Assembly: GCA_002633005.1 (NCBI GenBank)
Contig: NMRA01000853.1
Location: 47,933 to 111,932, forward strand
Origin: Phoronis australis
Taxonomy: Eukaryota; Animalia; Phoronida
Direction: 5' to 3'
Length of the DNA: 64,000 bases
In this document: piece after piece, positions 42,801-52,950 of the stretch
Numbering within the stretch: position 1 is the first letter of the stretch
How the letters are laid out: every line of letters begins with the position of its first letter
Notes under the pieces: generated by a model
The model's input: only the letters and a program-made list of their open reading frames with translations
What the model was told of the DNA's origin: nothing
The model's database searches: none
Position numbers and translations under genes: made by a program

Positions 42801-45800
42801 GAAAATGGAGCCGCCAAGAGTCATCACCGTGTATACGTTTTTCCCTTCTGCCGGGTTTAGCTGCCTAAGTGTGCTACAAAAAAATGGCGGACGTTTGCGA
42901 AATATGATCAAAAGGTCCACCATTTAAGAAATTCGAACCACCCACAGAGCAGTGCTGGCTACGGGCCGGGAATAAAATTATAGTTCGGTCAAGTTGCACG
43001 CCATGTTCAAAACGCGCTTTATCGGCACGACCAAGCATTGGCTTACTGCAATACTCCAAGAAAATGTCGTTAAAACCGTCAACGAAACAAATAGTATGTT
43101 TTCGACTGAAGTCATCAATTGGATCATTCTTTTAAAAAAATTCAGTATCATCGAAACGAAAATGCATCCCTCACTACAATTTTTGAAGAATATCAAATTT
43201 GAGTGAAGCAGTATAACGTTGTTGCAACTTTTGTGGTGAATTCTGGGTCACTTGGATCAGTCCTTTTTGGACGACAGCGGCACGAGTTACGAATTTCAGC
43301 AATATTTTACATTAAAGTTTAATGAGACATGAGTTTGACTACTGTTTAGTGTGAGTCAACATTTTTCACTACAATTTAATCACTCAGATGTTTCTAATTG
43401 ACTGATAAAAGCCCACAATTCCGTTACCGGCAGCATGACGACTCCCTCCTTCTCTCCCTTCCTGCCTCTCTCCTTCCGTGTTTCTGTCAGAAAGGTAGAT
43501 TTAGTTCTTTTGAACATCCACGCTGACATTTTCATTGTTCTAAAGCTTGCGGGATTTAGTTAAACGCTATAACAGTTACCACAACCAGTCAATAACTTCT
43601 GCGACGTATTTTCATTATCATATGGTAAAAGCCTTTGAACTTCAATTTTGAGAACAAGTTGTTATTATTTCTTTTTATTCAGACAGTGGCGGATCTACGG
43701 GGGGGGGTTCAGGGGGTTTAAACCCCCCCCTCGGGCCAGGACCCAAAAATTAAAAAAACAAAAAACAAAACAAAAACGTCTCCAGCAAAACAAAAACGCC
43801 GGCACCGCCAGCGTGTGTAAACCCCAAGTAAACCAACCTGGAAAAAAATGAGGGGGGGTTCACTCTGAAAATATATTTTTTGCATTGTGAATTGCTGTTA
43901 TGAAAATCAACGCGTTTCGAGTCTTCGTGGCTCATCGACAAAACCCCGGAGATCAATTGTGCGCGCGCTTCCGACGACACTTCTGAAGTAGCCAAGCATT
44001 TTAGATGGATCCACCGCTGAAAGAGCAGCTCTATAGCTGATTTCTTTAGATAACTAGCTTCTTTACTCTAAGATATGTTTTGATTTGATTAGGGAAATAC
44101 TGTGGTGCCCCAACCCTGATATTCAGGCGAATTGACGTGCAACGTTTTTACCTCATCTGTCATGCCGTGTCATCGTATTACACCCCACACGTTTGAAACT
44201 CGAATTTGAGTGGTGTACAGTAAAGTTGTCTTGCGCAATATCATACGGTGTACATGTACATGTAATACTTTTGAAAAAAACTTGTTTTCCGAAGAATTGC
44301 TATTGTGGCGGGCGCCGTGGTCTGGTCGCGAGTCTGTTTGAAGATGCACTCTAACAAGTTTTGTCTATACAAGGAATGACCAAGGGGGCACTCACATTGA
44401 CAAAGTGACCGCATTCGCGAACAGTTTACAGTACCAGAAATTGCGGGGAGCCTGTATTTTCACAACAAAGTCTTGCGGGACTCGTGCGATGTTCAATGGG
44501 CCTCCTAAGGAGCCCTAGTGCCGACCTCAACACCTACCGTCTTTCTACCTGCAATAAGCACCACTGCCGTTTTCTATACTGGGAATTTCCGCAGAAAGGC
44601 CCAACCGACGAAACGCCCATGCTCATGGGCATTTATTTGATGTTTGTACTTCGGGTTTCAAGCGTTCAGACACTGGGACGTTTATTTCGAAAATTGCAAG
44701 AGATGCAAATGGGTCCTGGGATACATCGTCAAGGTTTGAAGTAGTCCATGATGAACGGATCAAATTTAGTTGCGCATGCTGTAAGTCTTTTGAATGGACT
44801 TGGTAACCTCAGGGGGCTTAGTGCCAACTGAGCTGCGAAACGAGATGCTGACAATGTAGAGGCGTACAAGCTCATTGACACAGCAGTTGACGAAGTGCAA
44901 GCGTTGGGAACAAACGTCGAAGATGTCTGGGTAGAATGGTTCCAAGAGCAGCAAACCATTGGATCCGATGTACAGATTCCTCGGCAGTCTAGACAACAGA
45001 AAGATAGGACCAACGTTCCTGGAGAAACACCCAGGTAATAAGTTATAATTATACACAGTTTGTAATAATGTCGGTTTTTTATGCTTGTGTACAATGAAAA
45101 CGAAATAGAAATTATTTTTGGACATGCCAAATTTACCCAGTACAGCAGAGGGTCTACGAGAGCACAGAAACTGATTCTGGTTTGTATTTCCACTTGAGTC
45201 TATCTGCTTCATATCCAAAATCTTATTTCACGTAGTGCGTAGTTAAATCTGTACTCCATACTTGTTTCTTCCAGTGAGTACTACAGAACGGTGCGAAAAC
45301 CCTTCCTAGACAACCTCTCGCAGCAGTTACCACCAGATGTATGAACTACACGTATGAGCATCCACTGGGGATTAAAAAGTGTCTAGAGAGAAGTTTTCAA
45401 TTCAAAATTTTTCGCAAAGTACGCTTTAGGTCTCGCGACGGACCAGGCCAGCTTGATTTGTGTAGATATCGAGTTTCAGTGTACTTCTGGTCCCTCGGCG
45501 AACTAGACTTGTGATGTTTTTTACCAAAGTGTGCTTTGTAAAACTATTTATCTCAGCCAGTACTGTTTGGTCCCGCGACAGATCGACTATTTTATAGGGA
45601 TAACAACCAGAGGTGTACTTTTGGTCTCGTGACGGACCAGGCCAGAGTTTTTGTGTACTCTCAGTGTACATCTGGTCCCTCTGCGAACTGCTCCTGTGTA
45701 TCTTTTCATCACGGTGTAGGCCTACAGAGTGTCATGGTTTCGTGAAACTGTTTTCAGATGATTTGTTTCCTGATACATTTGACGTTTTTCAATTGTTGTC

Positions 45801-48800
45801 AACGTGATTCAGCTTAATAAAGTGATACTTAATTGTTTTTGTCGCTTTTAGTAATAAACTATGAGCTGAGAGCACCATCGTTCGCCAGTTTTTCTCGTAA
45901 CGAGACAGAACACACGTTTATTTCCGGACTAACAGTACAGGTCTTCGTTCTTAAACAGCTTGAGGCTGTTGCGATCATCTTATATTCAAGTTTTTACGCC
46001 CCGTCGGTGCTCCTTATGCTCTTGAATATTTGGTAATTTGGTAGTTGTCTAAGCCCCTGTGCACAAATCACACTTTTTCGTATGCTAAAAAGGTGCGTGT
46101 AAGCAGATGTTCCAACAAAAAATTTTGCTGGTGGTGTGACTCATACTCAGATGTGCACAAATACGGTTTCACGAAACTTATGAGCCAAGTTCATGTGAAG
46201 AAATCGAGAAGGGCTTTTAATTATCTTAAGAAAAATTCCTGTTAAGTGCCAGAAACGTACCAGGATGCATGGAAATTTCACTGTTTGGCTAGAAAAATAA
46301 AAAGTTATCTTAAACGGGAGGGAGGTTTACCCCCCTCCCGACCTCCCCCCGCTCGGCGCTACGCGCCTCGGATTCGACCTTTGCGGGAATCCTACTGAAA
46401 ACGTAGATCCGCCACTGTTCAGAAATATTTTTGTTACCCTTTTCGGATCCATAACGGTTTCCCCAGTTTCACTGACAATTGGCCCTTGATGATTTCATTT
46501 CTAAATGTTCACAGGTATGCTAACCTTTTCAATTCCTATTGTTGGCCTGTCTTTTTACTCCCATACCCACATTTCTAAGGCTCAAAATTCCTGGGCCGCA
46601 ATGTTAGCTGTCTCCCCGGCCTGGTGCTAACACCAGTTTTAATTAATTTCCTAATACTGTTAATAATAATTAAACATATCCGTATGGGTAGGTTCGAATG
46701 GAAGCCTTCTTAGTTTAGACGATATTTTACAGGCTACAAGATATGCATCACGAAAGCTGATAATTGTAACTGGTCAGGCTTTAAGAACAACCAAGGTAAA
46801 AAATACATAATCAGGGCTGACACTTGGCATTGTTACCTGATCAAGATCTTCAAAAAGCCACTCTGTGTAAAGAAAAAAGAAAAATTAGCGGTAAGTTATG
46901 CAGATTTAACAGCTACAAACATGGCAAGTCATAGAAGCTGATACGCGCACTTTGATCACTCAAATTGCCCGTTGTGAGAATGCCTCAGTGTCTTTGGAAT
47001 TCAAGTCCAGGGCACTTGACAATGGCACAACTTAACAGTTAAAAAAATAAAATAGTATTCCAGATCTTCCTGCTTGCCGACCGCTTGATGACGACTAGCT
47101 GTATTTCTCTCGGTTTAGCTGACTTAAAAGAACGTAAACTGATTTCGCCTTTCTGTTCTCATAATATAGATCGCATAATATTCCTTACCGTGATAAGTCA
47201 TATTTCCATTACCAACTTAAACCACAGGCAATGCGTACATGTATGGTGGGCCGTTGAGGGGAAAGTGTCGCCGTAAAACTACGCTCGAAATTACGAGCGT
47301 AAATTAAATTGCAGGAGTGTCGCCGTACAATTACGCTCGTAAATTATATGGGGAAAGTTTCGTCGTAAAATTACGCTCGTAAAGTACCTTATGAACGTTC
47401 CAAATTTAAACCAATCAGTAATGACCTAACATACACGACTGTTGCTGGGCAGCTCGTTCTTGCACAATGGTTGACAGGGCAGCAGCGATTTGATCCGCCA
47501 TGATTCAACGCTCGTATCATAGACATGGAATAAATATTTCCATGAGCGCGCGCGATCTTGGATTGTAAAACCCAACGTCATTGGCTAAGAGTTTAAACTA
47601 AATTACGCTCGTAATTTTACGGCGTAATTAACGGCGTAAATAACGGCGTAATGTACACAATTACGCTCGTATTTTTCCGGCGACACTTTCCCCCCAGCGG
47701 CCCATCATATAGATGTGCTATTTTCGTTTGCGCAATTTTGGAGCTGGTCATCACAATGAATTCAGAAGCACTTTCTTGAGTAGCTGATGGTTCGATGTTC
47801 TTGTTGGTTACGGAAATCAAACTCTATCACTGCAAGGAATTCTTAGTAGCCGACTTCATAGAATTTAACATCCTAATTCGATTTTCGGTTTTCAACCATC
47901 TAAACAGGAATTTACACGGGTGATGAAGATTTATTTAATGCGGCAGCAAAATCAACTATTTTGTTATTTCACTCTACAGTATAGAAATGTTAAAGAAATT
48001 ATATCAAAATTATGTCTCACTCTTTTGACTGCTACGAGTTTTCGATGGACTCAGTTGGCAATATTTTTCAGGGAAAGAAAGGAATCATTACGTTCCGCCA
48101 TTGTTCCTGGAAGAATAACCCTAAGCATCCCACGGGGCATATCGACTTGTGGGACGGCAAGAAATGCAGAAACAAGTGTTACTTCAAAATGTGTAAAGAA
48201 TATTGCTTATTTGAGATCTCCAAACAAAAGGACTTCAGTGAGTATCTTTAAAAACAAGTTAACTGCACAATGGCAGAAAGATTACAAGTCTGAATATTTG
48301 TTGGCCACTCATGAACCTGAATTAACAATGCCTACAAAGTTTTGATGATGCCTATTTGATTCTTGCAATTTACTGTATTCACAGAACCCAAGTTTTATGA
48401 ATTCTGGAAGAAGTATCCGAATTTGAATATAACGAGGCCTGAAATGTGGAAAAAAGCAGGGTTTGATGAGAAGCACACACAATGGGACACCTGTGGTCTG
48501 AGGTTCAGTTACGCCGTCCACAGTTTAGGTAAGTGCCTCTACTGCATCGACAACCAGTTGGAGTTATATCACGTGGAGCACATACCCGTTAAATATACAA
48601 CTGGCTTTAGTGAATTCATTGATGAGGCGAGTAAAATTGTTAGTCTCTCCAAAGATGCGCTGGTTAAAGTAACGGAAACCTTCGTGAAGCCCTTTAGATT
48701 TCATAAAACAGCCCAACCGTATTTTCTGAATCCTTGATACCTTCAAGAAGAACCGCCTTTTCTGTAAAATTGTCATTTTTCATTTGAACATGTATTTCTT

Positions 48801-50392
48801 AACAAAATCTATACTTGGGTTGCTCCATGTTTGATTTTCTATGTATTTGGCATTTGGTCTTATTGTCAGCACCCGAAACTTTTTCTCAGTTTTCTCTGTT
48901 GAGCTGAGTATTGGCTATGGTTTCTTGTCATATTTTGATGTAAGTTTCCATACAGTTAGCTGTCTGGTTAGCAAATGATCATTATTCTTCACGTGATTCG
49001 ATGCAATTCAAACTGACCTAAACAACTTTTGAAGAAGTGTAGAAAACCATGCTCTTTTTAGCCTGGTATTGAAGCAAATGCAAATCCCCACAGCCTTCCC
49101 GTTTTGTGACATTCACGGATAGTTAGAAGTTTTGAAAATCAAATGGTTTTGTTATTGGAATTGAATTTTTTGTTCATCCATTTTAAAAGAAAATACAGGA
49201 ATAGTGAACATTCAGCGATGTTTATCACATTTTATGTTGTGAACAGTTCAAAGCGCTGATATTTACAACTCGTTCCCAGTGAAATTACTCCTGTCGTTTC
49301 TTATCTTACTGCAGGCTACACGATTGGCATCACGAAAGCCGATAATTGTGGCTGGTCGGGTGTTAAGAACAAACACGGTCAGAAATATATCATCAGGAAG
49401 GACACCTGGCATTGTTATCTGACGAAGATCTTTAAGAAACCACTGTGTGTGAAAAACAGAGCAAAGTTGCTGGTAGGTCTTATATACATCAATAACATCT
49501 TCTGTCTTCAGCAGTTGTCATTTTCTCTGAAGTAATTGACTTTTTTATGATAATTATGTGTATGCGTGTCAGTGTGGAGTTTTAACACCAGAAGTCATTG
49601 CGTGCTATTGCGACATCGGTTGTTTTGTTTAACCAAACCGTAATTACAATGTTACTGAAAGTATGCATACCTCACACTGCTGGTCGCTAAATGTTTTCCA
49701 ACGACTTATTTGACATGTTTTCAGGGAAAGAAAGGAATCATTACTTTCCGATACTGTTCCTGGAAAATTAACCCTCAGAGACTTACGGGACATATCGACT
49801 TGTGGGACGGCAAGAAATGTAGAAACAAGTGTTACTTCAAAAAGTGTAAAGAACATTGCTTTTTTGAGATCTCCAAAACAAATAAATTCGGTGAGTAAAT
49901 TAAAGGTCAAGTTAACTGCACAAATGGCAGAAAGGTTACAAGTCTGAATATTCATTAGCCACACAGGAACCTGAACAATGCCTTCAAATTTTATATGATA
50001 TCTATTACTCTTGTGGTTCTTTTGTTTTTCCAGAACCCTGGCTTAATGAAGTCTGGAAGAGGTATCCAAATCCAAATAATAGGAAGCCCGCAATGTGGGA
50101 AAAAGCAGGTTTTGATCAGAAGTACCTGTCATACTGGGATACCAGTGGTCTGATGTTTAGTTACGCCATCTATCGTGTAGGTAAGTGCATCTAATGTATT
50201 TCCAACCAGTTAGAGTTATATCACGCGGTACGCGCATTTGTTAAATGTTAAACTGTCTGAACGGTAGGACATCTGTTGGCTCGTTTGTTGACTTACCTAC
50301 TGCCCTGCTGCACCTGTACAATGTAGGCGTAGCGAGGGTTGCCGTTCTGAGCAACACTTTGCATGTCAGTGACCTTTGAATGACTGTGTGTG

Positions 50393-50440
<48 letters not shown>

Positions 50441-52277
50441 TGTGTGTGTGTGTACCCTGAACCCGCGTTTGTGTGAATTGCGTTGAGCGTCCCACGATCG
50501 TTTGAGACATCATCAAGTTTTTACTGTTTTGCTCCGACTGGATTTGAATCATGTTATAAACAGTTTCTGATGATACGATTGTCAAGTGCGCATGTCAATA
50601 GACGTGCGTTGTAAGATGTTATTGAGAAAATCACAATAAACCAGTAAACCTTGATGTGTCTGGTTCGTGTGCGAGACGTGGCAACCGTTTCACTGGCTTT
50701 GTTGAAGCCATTGGCGAGGCGGAAAAAACTGCCACGCCTTCTTGAAGATGCGCAGGTAAAGGTAATTGTCAACCTTCGTGAAGCCTTTTTATTTTAGATT
50801 CCATAAAACAACTTAACTGTATTTTCTGAATCTTTGTGACTGTCCTTTTTGCCGCGCGGAACTTATCATTTTTACATTGAACCTGTATTTCCAGAAAGAA
50901 ACTCTGACATTTGAATTACAATGCACTTGGCCTTATTGTCAAATACGCAAGGAACTGCGTCTCAGTTTTTCATGTATTTTCAAACAGAAGAGACGTCTCC
51001 GTTGTTAGACGGAAAACGAAATATGGGGTGGGGGTTCTTCAAAAGGCCTAAAATTCGAAAGTTTTCCAGGTATTTGAAATTGATTGAAGTCGTTCAAAAC
51101 AACTCGCATATTCGTGTAACGCGTTTAAAGAAACGTTATTCGGATGTGTAGTGATGAGGTGTCATGGCTGCAGATGACGCAATTTGGACCCGGAAATAAG
51201 AATGAACATGCCGTCACACTGGGTACAAAGCGTCATGCTAAAGAAAATTTTCCTCGAAAGTTGGCAAATACCTAACATATTTTTAGGTTTTAAAGAAGTT
51301 GTCTATGAAAGAGTGTGATTTTATGACCAAGGATAATAAAGAGGCGGTAGAAAAACCCATAACATTCAGATAAATGTACACTCAAGGGAGTTCCCGTTTT
51401 TTAATACATTTCATTTCACGAAAAACTGATGATTTTATAATTGAAATTACATCGTTAGTTCTATTTTAAAATCAAATACAGGAGTCAGTGAGCACTTAGC
51501 GATGGGAATCATATTTTTATTGTAACCACTTCAGAGCACTGATGCTAACCACTCTGTTCCCAATGAAATCATACTCGTCGTTTCTTATCTTCTACAGGCT
51601 ACACGATTGGCATAACGAAAGCTGATGATTGTAATTGGATGGGTCTTAAGAACAAACGGGGTCAGAAATACGTCATAAGGCCGGCCGCTTGGCAATGTTA
51701 CCTGACGAAGACCTTCAAGAAACCACTGTGTGTGAAAAACAGAGCAAAGTTGGAGGTAATTCTCAAATAACGTCTTTTGTCTTCATCAGGGTGGTGCTGT
51801 TTTCTGTGAAGTGATTGATCTTTTACCGATAACAATGTGTATGGTTCTCAGTGTGGAGACGATGACATTTTGTTTGCCAAGCTAAATAACAATATCAAAT
51901 GTGTGTATGCCTTTATCTGTGATATACCCTGTTTAGTTTTCCTCTGGGTGTTGTACGTTCATCCTCCACTCATTTGGCTCACTAACGTTATTTCGCATTT
52001 CCAAAGATAATCAGAAAGTTTTATCTTGTTTTTCGTCTTATAGCGCGTTTTCAAATTTCTTTGTGAAGCCAACTATGAAATTTTTCGCACAAATATTATT
52101 ATAAAGTAACTGCTGTTTCAGGGAAAGAGAGGGATCATAACGTTCCGCCATTGTGATTGGGACCAAGACCCCAATCATCTCCCAGGCCATGTCGACCTGT
52201 GGAACGGCAAGAAATGCAGGAACGGGTGTTTTTTCTACAAGTGCAAAGAGTTCTGCTTGTTTGAAACTTCGAAATAA
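36815..52277 (+). CDS. dae4: Gene 2: secreted three-domain Tae4-like (dae4-like) peptidoglycan amidase/endopeptidase, 515 aa; exons 36815-36862, 38206-38308, 39395-39538, 46733-46890, 48072-48237, 48385-48528, 49315-49472, 49725-49890, 50034-50180, 51598-51755, 52122-52277
   Basis: All 10 introns are GT-AG with matching phases; the exons sum to 1548 nt with no internal stop. Architecture: signal peptide, T/S/P linker, then 3x(A-B-C) Tae4 domains with DTCGMRFSY / DTCGLRFSY / DTSGLMFSY and GHIDLWDG / GHIDLWDG / GHVDLWNG. The first two exons are less certain than the domain exons. Confidence 0.87.
37580..38040 (-). mobile_element. Gypsy LTR-retrotransposon integrase-region fragment in intron 1 of gene 2
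   Basis: EVKRGILYRLF...KQVVVP, RSCDI, FSPIDLLYGRAVGGPM remnants. Confidence 0.6.
38206..38308 (+). CDS. Gene 2 exon 2: Thr/Ser/Pro-rich linker with single Cys
   Basis: ttacag|ACA...GCAG|gtatga; TADTTLPADTRPTTSSTSMPTAQSPPCNETKKIA; phase 0-1. Confidence 0.7.
39395..39538 (+). CDS. Gene 2 exon A1 (catalytic Cys TGT 39502-39504)
   Basis: ttgcag|AT...CTGG|gtgagt; FKFKVDLWAKYPDPKTFPKADMWKKAGFDKNYGDTCGMRFSYTLYQL. Confidence 0.9.
43684..46417 (+). mobile_element. hAT-family DNA transposon (15-bp TIRs, 6-bp TSD TTCAGA) containing a decayed transposase, in the gene 2 A1-B1 intron
   Basis: CAGTGGCGGATCTAC ... GTAGATCCGCCACTG, with TTCAGA on both sides; internal remnants LS..LQ...D.VEA, RQ..R.NVPGETP|SEYYR....PFLDNL. 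Confidence 0.8.
46733..46890 (+). CDS. Gene 2 exon B1
   Basis: ttacag|GC...GCG|gtaagt; YKICITKADNCNWSGFKNNQGKKYIIRADTWHCYLIKIFKKPLCVKKKEKLA. Confidence 0.9.
47242..47709. mobile_element. MITE with ~32-bp TIRs and internal TTACGCTCGTAA/TTACGAGCGTAA repeats
   Basis: TATGGTGGGCCGTTGAGGGGAAAGTGTCGCCG ... CGGCGACACTTTCCCCCCAGCGGCCCATCATA; absent from the homologous gene 1 intron (~1430). Confidence 0.8.
48072..48237 (+). CDS. Gene 2 exon C1
   Basis: tttcag|GGA...TTCA|gtgagt; GKKGIITFRHCSWKNNPKHPTGHIDLWDGKKCRNKCYFKMCKEYCLFEISKQKDF. Confidence 0.9.
48385..48528 (+). CDS. Gene 2 exon A2 (catalytic Cys TGT 48492-48494)
   Basis: cacag|AA...TTAG|gtaagt; PKFYEFWKKYPNLNITRPEMWKKAGFDEKHTQWDTCGLRFSYAVHSL. 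Confidence 0.9.
49315..49472 (+). CDS. Gene 2 exon B2
   Basis: ctgcag|GC...CTG|gtaggt; YTIGITKADNCGWSGVKNKHGQKYIIRKDTWHCYLTKIFKKPLCVKNRAKLL. Confidence 0.9.
49725..49890 (+). CDS. Gene 2 exon C2
   Basis: tttcag|GGA...TTCG|gtgagt; GKKGIITFRYCSWKINPQRLTGHIDLWDGKKCRNKCYFKKCKEHCFFEISKTNKF. Confidence 0.9.
50034..50180 (+). CDS. Gene 2 exon A3 (catalytic Cys replaced by Ser, AGT 50144-50146)
   Basis: ttccag|AA...GTAG|gtaagt; PWLNEVWKRYPNPNNRKPAMWEKAGFDQKYLSYWDTSGLMFSYAIYRV. Confidence 0.9.
50385..50453. repeat. (TG)n/(GTGC)n microsatellite
   Basis: Direct reading; the homologous gene 1 site (~2375) has only TGTGT. Confidence 0.95.
51598..51755 (+). CDS. Gene 2 exon B3
   Basis: ctacag|GC...GAG|gtaatt; YTIGITKADDCNWMGLKNKRGQKYVIRPAAWQCYLTKTFKKPLCVKNRAKLE. 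Confidence 0.9.
52122..52277 (+). CDS. Gene 2 terminal exon C3
   Basis: tttcag|GGA; GKRGIITFRHCDWDQDPNHLPGHVDLWNGKKCRNGCFFYKCKEFCLFETSK TAA. Confidence 0.9.
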   Translation, partial: GKRGIITFRHCDWDQDPNHLPGHVDLWNGKKCRNGCFFYKCKEFCLFETSK

Positions 52278-52950
52278 CTGTTTGTCCGTGACTTCACCAC
52301 CTCACTTGGCTGTTGTCCACGTAGAGGCAGAATATGTCAGTGTGGTTCACGTTCGAGTTATCTGTAATATAGGCTACTTGAGCAGATTAAATGTTAGAAC
52401 ACCTTGTTTTGGGGGTTGTAACAAAATGAACATGCAAATTGTGGCGTTGGGGCTTCTTTCTTATTTGGCAAGTTGAGCAGTGTTTGTATAGTGCTTCTAT
52501 CTCATGTAAACAAAAGACAAAACAAAAGGAGTGCACTGAACCCATAATTAGCAGGGTCACCTGTTGATTATATACCTGTATAGCTCTTTGGATTGTGTCC
52601 AAGTCTATTGTAATTTTAAGGAGAAATGGTTATTGTTTCCGGTTATATAGGAGAAAAGAGTCAGCAAGGGCGGACCACGGGCGTTGATAATTCCTAGCAA
52701 AAATGTTGGAACTTTATTTAGGTTTAATTGTGCATGATAACTCCTACGTGAACTGTTTTTCGCATGGACTACCAGAATTCTTTGCGAGTTTCTTTTTATG
52801 GTATCCAGGTTCTTTCTGTTCTGTGGTTGCGCTTATAAAACCGTTCAAAAGTGAAGCGTTTTATTGCATTTAGCTATTGGAGAATAAATACATTTACTGA
52901 AAGCGTGTTAGCTTAATATACTGTCGTCATATGATTCAAAGTTCGTAACA

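Noticed and set aside
50241-50585. ORF with HARTHART repeats
   Set aside because: Translation of the intronic (GTGC)n microsatellite.
1734-52277. Bacterial contamination or an intact T6SS effector-immunity locus
   Set aside because: Domains are split by spliceosomal introns that contain eukaryotic transposons; no operon structure, Tai4 or T6SS genes are visible.
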